Below, piece by piece: positions 49,574-59,726 of a DNA stretch of 64,000 nt. The DNA lies in the NCBI GenBank assembly GCA_050331735.1, contig JBHJGN010000031.1, forward strand, positions 64,001 through 128,000. Reading direction: 5' to 3'. The stretch is from Cyanophyceae cyanobacterium (GTDB lineage: Bacteria; Cyanobacteriota; Cyanobacteriia; Cyanobacteriales; JBHJGN01). A program made the position numbers and the translations under genes. Each line of letters opens with the position of its first letter. The first letter of the stretch is position 1. The notes under the pieces were generated by a model that ran no database searches, had not been told where the DNA came from, and saw only the letters and a program-made list of their open reading frames with translations.

Positions 49574-50500
49574 TCAGCGCGGAACGTTTAACGCTCCGTT
49601 GTTTCTCAGCCAAAGTTTCTGGTCTTCAGTGAATCCTTCTGCGTTTGTAAAAGTCGCGCCTGCTACAGTACACTCCGTTAAATCAACGTCGTCCCATACT
49701 GTATCTTCCACATTAGCATCTCGCAAATCAGCGTTTCTTAAACTAACCTGCGTTAATATTGACCCTTCTAAGCTGGCGGAAAACAAGGAAGCTTGAGTAA
49801 GATCTGAGGACTTAATTTGAGTATTTTGTAAACTAGCACGATTTAAATCTGCCTGTCGCAGAATAACAGTTTCGATTTCTGCTGCTCTGAGGTTAACACC
49901 AATTAGATCAGCTCCCGTAAAATCGGCTCTGGTGATACAGGCGCGGCTCAAATTAGCTTTTTCCAGATTTGCCTGCTGCCAAATTGTTCCCTGAAGATTA
50001 GCCGCTTCTAACGAAGCTTGACGAAGATTGGCCCCGCTAAAATTGCTATTAAGAAAAGTAGCCGCTCCCAAATTTGCTGCCTCTAAATTTGCCCGACAAA
50101 AGTTAGTGTTTTCTCCTTTGGCTTCTCTAAAATCCACTCTCTTTAAAACTGCTGCATAAGCCTCAGCATTATGAAGAGTGGCTCCATAAAATTTGGCATT
50201 TTCGGCCTTGGCCTCTCTAAGGTTGGCTCGTTCCAGGGAGGCACTGTTGAGCATAGCGTAGGCAAGATTGGCCCGAATTAGTTCTGTGCCTGTTAAAGTA
50301 GCAAACATCAGCGTTGCTTCCGAAAAGTTTGTGTCTCGGCAAGATGCTGCGGAAAGATTAGCGCCACGAAGATACGCTGCGGTAAAGTCTCCTCCATCTA
50401 GCTTGGTTTGCTGTAGATCGATGTGGCTTAGCTCCGCTTCATAAAAAGATTGTCCCAGTCTCAGTCTCATTAAGACTTCATCGGGAGAAAATAGCGACAT
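49574..50500 (-). CDS. Pentapeptide repeat protein
   Basis: Long run of A(N/D)Lxx repeats. Confidence 0.92.
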   Translation of the reverse strand: MSLFSPDEVLMRLRLGQSFYEAELSHIDLQQTKLDGGDFTAAYLRGANLSAASCRDTNFSEATLMFATLTGTELIRANLAYAMLNSASLERANLREAKAENAKFYGATLHNAEAYAAVLKRVDFREAKGENTNFCRANLEAANLGAATFLNSNFSGANLRQASLEAANLQGTIWQQANLEKANLSRACITRADFTGADLIGVNLRAAEIETVILRQADLNRASLQNTQIKSSDLTQASLFSASLEGSILTQVSLRNADLRDANVEDTVWDDVDLTECTVAGATFTNAEGFTEDQKLWLRNNGALNVPR

Positions 50501-50821
50501 CTGTAGGTTGAGCCTCCGTATAGATGAATTAATCAATTGGTTCGAGCGGCACTGCTAAGTGTAATTACGCAAACTGACCGTAAATTGCTCCAAAATTAAT
50601 CATTTTCTCACTCAGCAGTCTACACCATTTATAAGTCAAGCAGAAGGCTATTGAGTCATGCTCACCAACTAAAGAGCTGCCCTCAATTTAGTCTTGATCG
50701 GGTATAGTTGATTGCACTCTGGACGTTTTTATTTCCTGGGCTATCTTATAAGAATGAATGATGCAAAGCTCATTAGCCGGCTCAAACTAGGAAAGAATTC
50801 TGACACTATTTAAAGCCCCTC

Positions 50822-51754
50822 ATGTTTCAGCTCAAACACGGATTATTTAAATATAACGTTAGTGATTATTATGCTGTTCTCGGAATTCCTGTGGATGCAG
50901 ACGCTAAACAGATTCGACAGCGATATTTGAAAATTGCTCAAAAACTGCATCCAGATACCTGTAAAGCCAAAGATAAAGCTCAACTTCAGCAGGCTAGCCA
51001 GCTATTGTCAAAGTTAGTCAATCCGGCTTACGAACAGCTCAGCAAGGAACGCTCGCGCTCAGAGTACCGGTTAATCATTGCCCGCCTTGGGGAGCAGTTG
51101 GCCCGAGAACCAGCAACGGTAGAATCCGAGGCGGCTCAAGAGCTGTCGCAGTCTGGCGATCGCCTAGAGACAACCTACCACAAGCTGCTGCAATCTTTAG
51201 CAGACGACTGTTATCAAGATCTTAGCCGAGTCATACCTACTGTGGCTCAGCTCAGCGAGCTGAACTTAATCTACCTCAAGTTCAAACAAACACACAAGCA
51301 GCGACCGGTTCCTGCGATAGCGGTCGGGGCGAGTGCTGCCAAAGGAGCGAGCAGTTCCCCATCAGCTAAAACTACTGCGCTAGGAAACAAAGAGCCAGAA
51401 CTTTCTCCTGTTGAGCTTTACATCCGACGCGCCCAAGAGAATCTTAATCGCCGTCAGTATGACCGGGCCGTTTTAGACCTACGCGATGCTCTCAAACTGG
51501 AGCCAAAGAACAGCACCTGTCACGGCTTGATGGGAATAGCCTATCTGCGTCAGAAACAGCTAGGCATGGCCAAAGTTCACATCAATAAAGCCTGGGCAGC
51601 TAATTCCAAAGATCCGATTGTCATCCAAGGCAAGCAAGAACTGGACAAACTCAACTCCACATCAGGAGGAGCGAAATCTAATCGCTCAGCAGATGCTAAT
51701 TCTAAACAGGCAGGCGGTATTTTCGGCGGTCTATTTGGTGGTAAAAAGAAGTAA
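50822..51754 (+). CDS. J-domain protein with C-terminal TPR
   Basis: DYYAVLG...LHPD...VNPAYEQL; TPR segment AVLDLRDALKLEPKN. Confidence 0.9.
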   Translation: MFQLKHGLFKYNVSDYYAVLGIPVDADAKQIRQRYLKIAQKLHPDTCKAKDKAQLQQASQLLSKLVNPAYEQLSKERSRSEYRLIIARLGEQLAREPATVESEAAQELSQSGDRLETTYHKLLQSLADDCYQDLSRVIPTVAQLSELNLIYLKFKQTHKQRPVPAIAVGASAAKGASSSPSAKTTALGNKEPELSPVELYIRRAQENLNRRQYDRAVLDLRDALKLEPKNSTCHGLMGIAYLRQKQLGMAKVHINKAWAANSKDPIVIQGKQELDKLNSTSGGAKSNRSADANSKQAGGIFGGLFGGKKK

Positions 51755-51808
51755 GAGACAGGGGTTTTGAGGCCGCTGTTTTTGAGTTGCCCACCAAAAT
51801 AGTTTGTC

Positions 51809-53023
51809 ATGATTCATCAGCCACCAGCCGGTGCGAGAGATTTACTGCCCCTAGAAGTTGTTCAAAAGAGCTGGATTAACGATCGCCTCCAGCAGGTGTT
51901 TGCTCAGTGGGGATACCAGCGCATCGTCACGTCTACCTTAGAGTGGCTTGATACCCTGATGGCAGGAGGAGCGATCGAGCGCTCAACAGTAGTTCAGCTT
52001 CAAGATAATTCGGAGGGAACTTTAGGGCTGCGTCCAGAATTAACCGCTTCTATTGCGCGAGCAGCGGTGACGCGCATGGAAGCAAAAACCTACCCTCAGC
52101 GCCTCTGTTACCGCGCTAACGTATTTCGTCAACCCCCCGCCGGACATCACGGGCGGCAGATGGAATTTTATCAAGCTGGCGTAGAGCTGCTGTTTGCCGG
52201 GGGAGTGGTGGCAGATGCCGAAGTGTTGCTGCTGTTGGTGGACTGTTTGCATCAGCTTGGCTTGCAGCAGTGGCAGTTACTGTTAGGAGAAGTGGGCTTA
52301 ACGCGATCGCTGCTTTCCCCGTTTCCAGAGCCGTTGAAGCAGGAAATCCGACACTGCTTAGCTCATCTCGACCGCGTTGCCCTAGAAAACCTGGAACTGA
52401 CTTCAGAGCAGCAGGAGCGGGCGCTGTTGCTGTTTGACCTACGGGGACGACCAGAGGACGTGCTTCAGCAGGTGGCTCAGCTCGAACTTGACGAGACGGG
52501 ACAGCAAATTGTCCAAAACTTGAAAACGTTAGTCGAGTTACTCAACAGCAGTCGCCCCGAACCGCTGCCGCTGATTCTAGATTTGAGCCTACTGCAAACC
52601 TTTGATTACTACACAGGCATTGTGTTTGACGTCGTAAGCCGAGGCGATCGCTCTTCCCGTATCGTCGGGCAGGGAGGACGCTACGACAGGCTTTTAGGGC
52701 TGTATCATCCGCACAAGCAAGATTCTCCCGGCATTGGCTTTTCGTTCTATTTGGAAGATCTGTATACCTGTCTACTGGCTAGCAACGCGCTACCGACAGA
52801 AGCTCCTATGAGCCATTGGCTGGTGATTCCTGACTCTTCGCAAGCGGACGCGGCAGCTTTCGCCTATGCTCAAACCTTGAGAGCCGAGGGAGTCGTGCGA
52901 GTCGAGATGGAATTGAAGAGGCGATCGCCGGAGCAGATTCGAGAGTATGCGCGCCAGCGCCGCATTAAGTACTTGGCTTGGGTAAAGGGTGACGGGATTC
53001 CGAAAATTGAAGCAGTCAGCTAG
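51809..53023 (+). CDS. hisZ: ATP phosphoribosyltransferase regulatory subunit
   Basis: PAGARDLLP, LRPELTASIAR, RLCYRANVFR, EFYQAGVEL, DYYTGIVF, GGRYDRL. Confidence 0.93.
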   Translation: MIHQPPAGARDLLPLEVVQKSWINDRLQQVFAQWGYQRIVTSTLEWLDTLMAGGAIERSTVVQLQDNSEGTLGLRPELTASIARAAVTRMEAKTYPQRLCYRANVFRQPPAGHHGRQMEFYQAGVELLFAGGVVADAEVLLLLVDCLHQLGLQQWQLLLGEVGLTRSLLSPFPEPLKQEIRHCLAHLDRVALENLELTSEQQERALLLFDLRGRPEDVLQQVAQLELDETGQQIVQNLKTLVELLNSSRPEPLPLILDLSLLQTFDYYTGIVFDVVSRGDRSSRIVGQGGRYDRLLGLYHPHKQDSPGIGFSFYLEDLYTCLLASNALPTEAPMSHWLVIPDSSQADAAAFAYAQTLRAEGVVRVEMELKRRSPEQIREYARQRRIKYLAWVKGDGIPKIEAVS

Positions 53024-53076
53024 CGCCGTAGGCCCGGGAAAAAAGTTCCTACGGAACGGGGAAAAGGGGAAGGAGA
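53021..53076. repeat. Family A repeat, partial copy in opposite orientation
   Basis: TAGCGCCGTAGGCCCGGGAA...GTTCCTACGGAACGGGGAAAAGGGGAAGG is the reverse complement of the family A right half. Confidence 0.7.
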
Positions 53077-53081
53077 AAAAT

Positions 53082-53666
53082 ATGACGACTGTTACAATTC
53101 CCAAAGGATTTATAGTGACGCCGGGACAGTTTGATGAACTTGCTGATGCCAATACCGGCATTCGCCTGGAGTTAACCGCTCAAGGAGTATTGCTAGTTAT
53201 GTCGCCAACAGGGGGAACAGCAGGAAGAAGAAATTTTCGCCTTTGTCAGCAATTGGCCAATTGGGCAGAGCGAGATGAAACCGGAGTTGGCTTTGACTCA
53301 TCAACCATTTTTGTTCTGCCTAACGGCGCAAGACGTTCCCCCGATGCTGCCTGGATTCAGTTGAAACGCTGGAATACTCTCACTCAAGAAGAGCAAGACG
53401 GCTTTCCTCCGATTGCTCCTGATTTTGTGATTGAGTTAGTCAGTCCGAGCGATTTAGCAAACCAGCGCTATGAAGACTTACAGCAGAAAATGCCGGAATA
53501 TCTGGACAATGGAGTGCGCCTCGGTTGGCTCATCGAGCCGAAGACACAAACTGTTGAGATTTACCGTATGGGGCAGCCTGTTGAAGCTTTACAGAATCCG
53601 AAATCTCTTAGTGGTGAGGTGGTTTTGCCGGGATTGCTCCTCGATTTGGAGCCGATTTGGGGTTAA
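53082..53666 (+). CDS. Uma2-family endonuclease
   Basis: RLELTAQG.L.VMSPTG, FDSSTIFVLPNGARRSPDAAW, PDFVIELVSPSD, NGVRLGWLIEP; AAGGAG RBS before ATG 53082. Confidence 0.92.
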   Translation: MTTVTIPKGFIVTPGQFDELADANTGIRLELTAQGVLLVMSPTGGTAGRRNFRLCQQLANWAERDETGVGFDSSTIFVLPNGARRSPDAAWIQLKRWNTLTQEEQDGFPPIAPDFVIELVSPSDLANQRYEDLQQKMPEYLDNGVRLGWLIEPKTQTVEIYRMGQPVEALQNPKSLSGEVVLPGLLLDLEPIWG

Positions 53667-53710
53667 ATCAGAGCTAGTGAGAAACTTAATGAGTTGGAAA
53701 AAGGGAAGGG

Positions 53711-53803
53711 GGAAAGGTCAGCACAGCAAGTTTTTCCCTTTGCACCCCCAACTCTTGGTTTGTTTGGAGAACTATCTAACTACTTTCGGTCAATGGTATT
53801 AGC
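53711..53803. repeat. Family B repeat, copy 1
   Basis: Ungapped 93-nt match to 57484-57576 (77/93 by hand count; last 35 nt 34/35). Confidence 0.85.
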
Positions 53804-54069
53804 CCTTGCGATCAACAACTAGTGACTGTTGACTCAATACGAGCCTAATCTATTTTTGGTCAGTCAGCAGTAATACTGAGGGCAATTGTGTTGGGAATTG
53901 TCAAACTAGGCTTATTCCACTGTCAAATCATCTTTAGTCTTTCTGCTTCTGAAACATTAAAAGCAAGCAGGAAAAATTAGGGACAGCTCATTTTATGGGT
54001 GGAAGTTTTAGCAATCTGCAATAAATATAAACGCTTAATATTTAAAATTGCGAAATTGAGGCGGTAGAG

Positions 54070-57000
54070 ATGAAAACAGACTTATCTTCCCTGAAACCTT
54101 CTAACCCTGTTGCCACCCTCGTTTTTATCGATGCTGGAGTTAAAAATTATCAACAGTTAGTTGATGGTGTTATTCCTAAAGCGGAAGTATTTGTCTTAGA
54201 TGCAGCGGCTGATGGTGTTGAGCAAATTAGCCATGTTTTACAGCAGCGGCAGAATGTCGGAGCTGTTCATATCGTTTCTCACGGTGCGCCAGGTGGCTTG
54301 TACTTGGGTAACACCCGATTAAGTCTTGATACTTTCAGGCACTATGCCACTCAGCTACAGAAGTGGAAGGTAGTCAATCTCTTTCTCTACGGCTGTAACG
54401 TGGCTGCTGGGGACGCAGGTGAAGAGTTTATCGAGAAGCTGCACCAGCAGACAGGAGCAAGTATAGCAGCGTCGCGTCGAGTAATCGGTGACGGGTACTG
54501 GTTCCTAGATGTTAACCCTACAGGGACGACAGCACAGACCCCATTTGATGAAGCAGTTCTAGAAAGCTGGACAGGACGACTAGCGCTAAACATCAGCAAT
54601 CTCAGTAACTCATCGTATACTGAGCAAGACCCCGCTATTATCCTAGACAGTGATATCAGCTTCTCAGGTGGGACAAACTACAGCAGCGGCTATCTTGAGT
54701 TTAGTTTAAGCACCGCTACTGCGTCTGATTTTTTAAGTTTAGTTGCTGATGACAACATTTCTACCGCTAACAACCAGATTTCTATTGTTGCTAATACAGT
54801 TTATCTCGGCGATGGCAGCGAGGCAGCAGTAGTCGGTACCGTAGATTCAACATTCGACGGTCAGAATGGAAAAAATCTACGGATTAACTTATCCACTAGT
54901 TTTCCAAACGGTAATTTCAACATTGGCTCGCCTGAAGACACAACCATCACGAGTTGGACAACGGTAAACCAGCAGGTCAAATTTGGAAACGATACAATTG
55001 CTAACTTAACTACGCCCACCGACAGCACCATTCCCTCAGACTCTAATGGGGACCAAAACACTCCTTCTAGCCCAGGGACGATGACGACAGTCCTTGATGC
55101 TACACAGAACGACGGAGGCGGAAATTCTCTTCGGCTCGCCTCTACAGGAATTACTACTGCCGAAGGATATGATATCGTTCGCGGTCCATACGTTTACAGT
55201 GATACGGCTATATCCTTGTCATCTGGCGACCAGGTGTCCTTTGAATGGCAAGCTCAAGGGGGGGGAGATGCCTATGATATTTATGGCTACATTGTTGATA
55301 TTAACAACAATCACATCGAAACTATTCTAGATGAAACAGGCAGTAGTGAATCTGCTGCTACTACTTGGGCAACGGAGACAATTACTGTTTCCCAAGCTGG
55401 TGAGTACAAATTTGTCTTTGTTGCCGGTACTTACGACTATTCTGGCGGTAAAGCTGCAGGAGCACAGCTCTACATTGACGATGTAACAGTTACTCAATCG
55501 GTCCCGTCCGCAGTTTTCGACGATACTCATGTATCTGCGCTCGCTCAGAGAGTGCAGTACAACAATACCTCAGATAGTCCTGAAACCTCAAAAACTCTCA
55601 CTGTCTCCGTTCAAAACAGCGCTGATGAGATAGTAAGCGATACGGCAACCATTGATATTACGTTAGTAAACGATGCCCCCACTGCGCTTAGCCTCAGCAG
55701 CACCAGTATTAATGAGAACAGTGCGGCGGGAAGTGCAATCGGTACTTTCAGCAGCACTGACCCTGACGCGAGCGAGACCTTCACCTATACTCTAGTGGCT
55801 GGCACTGGAGATACGGATAACAGTGCCTTTACCATTGACAGCGACCAGCTTAAAATCATCGACTCCCCCGACTACGAAGCTAAGGATAGCTATAGCATTC
55901 ACGTCCGCACCACAGATAGTGAGAACGAAATCTATGAAGAAGCGTTTACTATCAATGTCAACGATTTTAATAAAACACCCACTGCTATTGCTCTTGATAA
56001 CAACCGGGTTAACGAGAATCAAAATAGCCGCACTCTCGTCGGTACTCTTTCTACCATTGATGCCGATGACGGCGACACTCATATTTACCAGCTCGTGGGT
56101 GGGGAGGAAGATACAGATAACAGTGCCTTTACCATCGATGGTAATCAACTGAAAACTAACACTCGGCTTAACTACGAAGCTAAATCCAGCTACAGCATTC
56201 GTATCCAAACCACAGATAGCGAGAGCGAAACCTACGAAAAAACCTTTACTATCAGCGTCAACAATCTCAACGAAATCCCCAGACTCAGTTTAATCAACAC
56301 TAATACCTCCTTAGCTGAAGACATCGATACCAGCACTAGGATTAAGGTAGCAGACATCCGCATCTATGATGATGGTTTAGGAGCAGAAACCATTGCCCTG
56401 AGCGGCCCTAATGCCGACCTCTTCGAGCTGGATGGGAGAAAACTCTTTCTCAAAGCCGATACTCCTCTCAACCATGAAACCGAAGCTGAGTTAAACGTGC
56501 AGGTCTCGGTCAACGACTCCACCATCGGCTCCACACCAGACGATACTGAATCCTTGGCAATCGCCATCAGCGATGTCAATGAAGCCCCCAGCCTCAGCTT
56601 CACTAACTCTACCGCTTCATTAGCCGAAGACACCGACACCAGCACTAGGATTAAGGTAGCTGATATTGTCATTAGTGATGATGCCCTCGGCAACAACACC
56701 TTAAGCCTCAGCGGGGAAGATGCTGAGAGCTTTGAAATTGACGACAGCGCTCTGTTCCTCAAAGCCAATACCCCCCTCGACTTTGAAACCCATCCTGAGC
56801 TATCGGTCTCGCTTAGCATCGATGATGCTACCTTGGGAGATGGAGCGGAAGCAACAGAATCCTACACCCTGAATCTGATTGATATGCCAGATGACGGCCT
56901 TGAAGGGGATATTAGCTTATTCTGGTCTAACCGCGCCACCGGAGAGAACCAGCTCTGGCTCTTCACGGGACTCCAGAGGCAGTCTGTGGTATTGCCCCTT

Positions 57001-57330
57001 ACCGATACAGATTGGCAACTGCGAGACGTCGGAGACTTTAACGGAGATGACCAGTACGACCTGCTCTGGCGACACTCGGCTACCGGAGAAAACGCTGTTT
57101 GGCTGATGAACGGCACTGACTTTATTCAAAGAAGTAGTTTGCGCTCTGCTTCCAACCTCGATTGGTCCCTGGTGGGCGCGGCAGACTTCAACGGAGATGA
57201 CAAAGACGACCTACTCTGGCGACACGCGGCTACCGGGAAAAATGCTGTCTGGCTGATGGACGGCACGACTTTTATGAGCAGCAGTTCTCTGCCAGAATTC
57301 TCTGGGGCTGACTGGTCTGCGGTTGTTTAA
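54070..57330 (+). CDS. Large extracellular protein: DUF4347 + beta-sandwich + cadherin-like repeats + FG-GAP repeats
   Basis: LVFIDAGV..HIVSHGAPG..LYGCNVAAG (DUF4347); NDAPT...DPD...DYEAK cadherin repeats; GDFNGDD..DLLWRH..TG.NAVWLM repeats. Confidence 0.9.
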   Translation: MKTDLSSLKPSNPVATLVFIDAGVKNYQQLVDGVIPKAEVFVLDAAADGVEQISHVLQQRQNVGAVHIVSHGAPGGLYLGNTRLSLDTFRHYATQLQKWKVVNLFLYGCNVAAGDAGEEFIEKLHQQTGASIAASRRVIGDGYWFLDVNPTGTTAQTPFDEAVLESWTGRLALNISNLSNSSYTEQDPAIILDSDISFSGGTNYSSGYLEFSLSTATASDFLSLVADDNISTANNQISIVANTVYLGDGSEAAVVGTVDSTFDGQNGKNLRINLSTSFPNGNFNIGSPEDTTITSWTTVNQQVKFGNDTIANLTTPTDSTIPSDSNGDQNTPSSPGTMTTVLDATQNDGGGNSLRLASTGITTAEGYDIVRGPYVYSDTAISLSSGDQVSFEWQAQGGGDAYDIYGYIVDINNNHIETILDETGSSESAATTWATETITVSQAGEYKFVFVAGTYDYSGGKAAGAQLYIDDVTVTQSVPSAVFDDTHVSALAQRVQYNNTSDSPETSKTLTVSVQNSADEIVSDTATIDITLVNDAPTALSLSSTSINENSAAGSAIGTFSSTDPDASETFTYTLVAGTGDTDNSAFTIDSDQLKIIDSPDYEAKDSYSIHVRTTDSENEIYEEAFTINVNDFNKTPTAIALDNNRVNENQNSRTLVGTLSTIDADDGDTHIYQLVGGEEDTDNSAFTIDGNQLKTNTRLNYEAKSSYSIRIQTTDSESETYEKTFTISVNNLNEIPRLSLINTNTSLAEDIDTSTRIKVADIRIYDDGLGAETIALSGPNADLFELDGRKLFLKADTPLNHETEAELNVQVSVNDSTIGSTPDDTESLAIAISDVNEAPSLSFTNSTASLAEDTDTSTRIKVADIVISDDALGNNTLSLSGEDAESFEIDDSALFLKANTPLDFETHPELSVSLSIDDATLGDGAEATESYTLNLIDMPDDGLEGDISLFWSNRATGENQLWLFTGLQRQSVVLPLTDTDWQLRDVGDFNGDDQYDLLWRHSATGENAVWLMNGTDFIQRSSLRSASNLDWSLVGAADFNGDDKDDLLWRHAATGKNAVWLMDGTTFMSSSSLPEFSGADWSAVV

Positions 57331-57430
57331 TCGGCTCCATCACGGAGCACCCATTGAATAGCGAGAAGAGGGAATTTTCCCTTTCCCCCAATCTATAAAT
57401 GAGTGCATCCACAACCAGGAACCGTCGTCT

Positions 57431-57576
57431 TATGCCAATTAGAAAAAGTCATCGGAGATGGGGGAAAGGGTCAGGGGGAAAGAGGAAAGGTAAGCACCGC
57501 AGCTCTTTCTCCTTGAACTTCCAATGCTTGGTTAGTTCGGGGAACTATCTGACTACTTTCGGTCAATGGTATTAGC
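57431..57576. repeat. Family B repeat, copy 2 (MITE-like, imperfect terminal inverted repeats)
   Basis: Matches 53711-53803; left end TATGCCAATTAGAAAAAGTCATCGGAGA resembles the reverse complement of the right end (about 18/28). Confidence 0.75.
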
Positions 57577-58759
57577 TAAAAGAATCAAAAAACTTTTCAA
57601 TGATTCTTTCATAAACACAGCAAAGCTCATACACATGAGCAATAGGAATATGCTCCCCCACCTGATGCATCGTATTATCCAACGGGCCATATTCAACCGT
57701 AACGCAGTGGGGCACAAGAAAACGGGCATCGGTAATTCCGCCATCGGTACTGAGACGGGGGCGACGGCCAGAAACCTCTGCCACCGCATCCTGCACAAGG
57801 CTGACAAAAGGATCTTCAGGATTCGTCCGAAATGCTTCCCCACTGACGCGGAAGCGAACATCGTACTCAACGCCATAGGACCGAGCAAGGGGTTCAATCG
57901 TGTCCCGAATGAGCTGTTGTAACCCATTCCCCGTTTGCTCGTCGTTAAAGCGGATGTTGAAGCGCAGATTAACGGCGGCAGGAATGACGTTTTCCGCACA
58001 GGGAGCTGTTTCAAACTTAGTAAATTCTAGATTAGACGGTTCAAACCACTCATTACCCTCGTCGAGAGGTAAATTTTGCAGCGCTGCTGCCATTGCCACC
58101 GCCGCCGGAACTGGATTGAGCACATTGCGCTGGTAGGCGACGTGTCCCTGCTTGCCTTTGATGGTAATAAAGGTATTGATGCTGCCGCGACGACCAATAT
58201 GAACGCAGTCGCCCATCTCTAGCGGGTTCGTCGGTTCACCCACTACGCAGGCATCAATCTTCTCGCCTCGCTGCTGTAGCCATTCCATCACGGGTTTCGT
58301 GCCGTTAATCGCTTCGTGCTCCTCGTCGCCCGTGATAATGAAGCTGAAAGACCCCTGGAAATCCTTCCTCTTCGCAAGCCACGCCGATACAGCAGCAATA
58401 AAGCAGCCAATTCCGGCTTTCATATCCACCGTGCCCCGTCCCCAGAGAATGCCGTCGCGGATTTCAGCCTTGTAGGGGTCGATATCACCCCAGCGCAGGC
58501 GATCGCCTTCTGGCACCACATCGGTATGTCCGGCAAAGGCGAGGTTTGGTTCGGCTGTTCCCAATCGGGCATAGAGATTATCCACTTCGTAGCTGCCGGG
58601 TTCGTTGTAAAATTTGAGGCGCTGGCAGGTAAAGCCGAGTAATTCCAGATGACGCTGCACCACATCCAACCCCCCGTGTCGATCCGGCGTGACGCTCGGT
58701 CTGCGGATCAGTTCTTGGGTTAACTTAACAGGATCGAAAACAGGAACATTGACAAGCAT
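57572..58759 (-). CDS. dapE: Succinyl-diaminopimelate desuccinylase
   Basis: LIRRPSVTP, NLYARLG, FAGHTDVVP, GRGTVDMK, TGDEE, VGEPT, GRRGS, GKQGHVAY, NVIP, FNIRFN, DARF. Confidence 0.9.
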   Translation of the reverse strand: MLVNVPVFDPVKLTQELIRRPSVTPDRHGGLDVVQRHLELLGFTCQRLKFYNEPGSYEVDNLYARLGTAEPNLAFAGHTDVVPEGDRLRWGDIDPYKAEIRDGILWGRGTVDMKAGIGCFIAAVSAWLAKRKDFQGSFSFIITGDEEHEAINGTKPVMEWLQQRGEKIDACVVGEPTNPLEMGDCVHIGRRGSINTFITIKGKQGHVAYQRNVLNPVPAAVAMAAALQNLPLDEGNEWFEPSNLEFTKFETAPCAENVIPAAVNLRFNIRFNDEQTGNGLQQLIRDTIEPLARSYGVEYDVRFRVSGEAFRTNPEDPFVSLVQDAVAEVSGRRPRLSTDGGITDARFLVPHCVTVEYGPLDNTMHQVGEHIPIAHVYELCCVYERIIEKFFDSFS

Positions 58760-58774
58760 GGCATCTCCTCAGAT

Positions 58775-59677
58775 TTAGACTGTAGACGGAGCAGTAGTTT
58801 GCTCAGTTACAAATTGCTTGTAAGCATCAATTAAACGAGTGGTGACAGGACCGAAAGGTTCAAAACGATACTCGTCAATCTCACTTACCGACTCAATCTC
58901 GCAGGTAGTCCCAGTGAGAAAGACTTCCTGCGCTTGGGCGAGTTCTTCTAGCTTGATGTGGCGTTCAATAACAGAAATCTCTAATTTCTCCGCCAATTTC
59001 ATAATAGTTTGCCGGGTAATGCCATTCAAAAAGCAATCCGGTATCGGCGTTAGCAAACTCCCATCGCGTACCAGAAATACGTTGGATGTGGTCGATTCAG
59101 CAATCAGCCCTCGATAGTCTAACATGAGAGCATCATCAAAGCCTTGTTGGACGGCTTCATCTTTGCTCATGGTGCAGATGGGGTAGAGACAAGCTGCCTT
59201 GCTCACCGTTGGTGCGGTCGTCGGATCGGGCTTGCGCCAGGGTACGTGGCGAGTCAGCTTCAGTGGCTTCTTGGTGTCAATATCAAATAGCGTCGTCGGG
59301 AATGACCAGGCAGCAATGCCAACGCAGATTGAGGTATCGGGGGCATATACCCGCAATCTTTCACTGCCGCGCCAAGCAAAATGGCGGATGTAGCCCACTT
59401 TAATATTTTCTCGCTCCAGCAGATTATTAGTGGCTTCGACAAGAGCATCCAGCGCATAGGAAATGGTAAAACCAAGAATTTCAGCCGATTGATACAGGCG
59501 CTCCAGATGTTCAGCTAACAAAAACGGCTTGCCGTTATAGATGCGCACTCCTTCAAATACACTACTAGCGTAATGCAGTCCGTGGGTGAGCGGGTGAATC
59601 GTGGCTTCTTTCCAAACAACTATGTTGCCATTCAGCCACAAAAACCCTTCCTTTTGATCGAACGGAAACAGAGACAT
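58775..59677 (-). CDS. Fold-type IV PLP aminotransferase (IlvE/BCAT-like; substrate uncertain)
   Basis: HGLHYASSVFEGVRIY, HLERL, SKAA (PLP Lys), LNGITRQT, EVFLTGT. Confidence 0.9.
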   Translation of the reverse strand: MSLFPFDQKEGFLWLNGNIVVWKEATIHPLTHGLHYASSVFEGVRIYNGKPFLLAEHLERLYQSAEILGFTISYALDALVEATNNLLERENIKVGYIRHFAWRGSERLRVYAPDTSICVGIAAWSFPTTLFDIDTKKPLKLTRHVPWRKPDPTTAPTVSKAACLYPICTMSKDEAVQQGFDDALMLDYRGLIAESTTSNVFLVRDGSLLTPIPDCFLNGITRQTIMKLAEKLEISVIERHIKLEELAQAQEVFLTGTTCEIESVSEIDEYRFEPFGPVTTRLIDAYKQFVTEQTTAPSTV

Positions 59678-59726
59678 AGAGAATCTTCTTTGGAGTGAAT
59701 TGTTCGACGTGATCGCTATTAATAAA

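Noticed and set aside
55670..57270. Internal DNA repeats as CRISPR or DGR template/variable repeats
   Set aside because: They are in-frame cadherin and FG-GAP domain duplications; no spacers, cas genes or reverse transcriptase present
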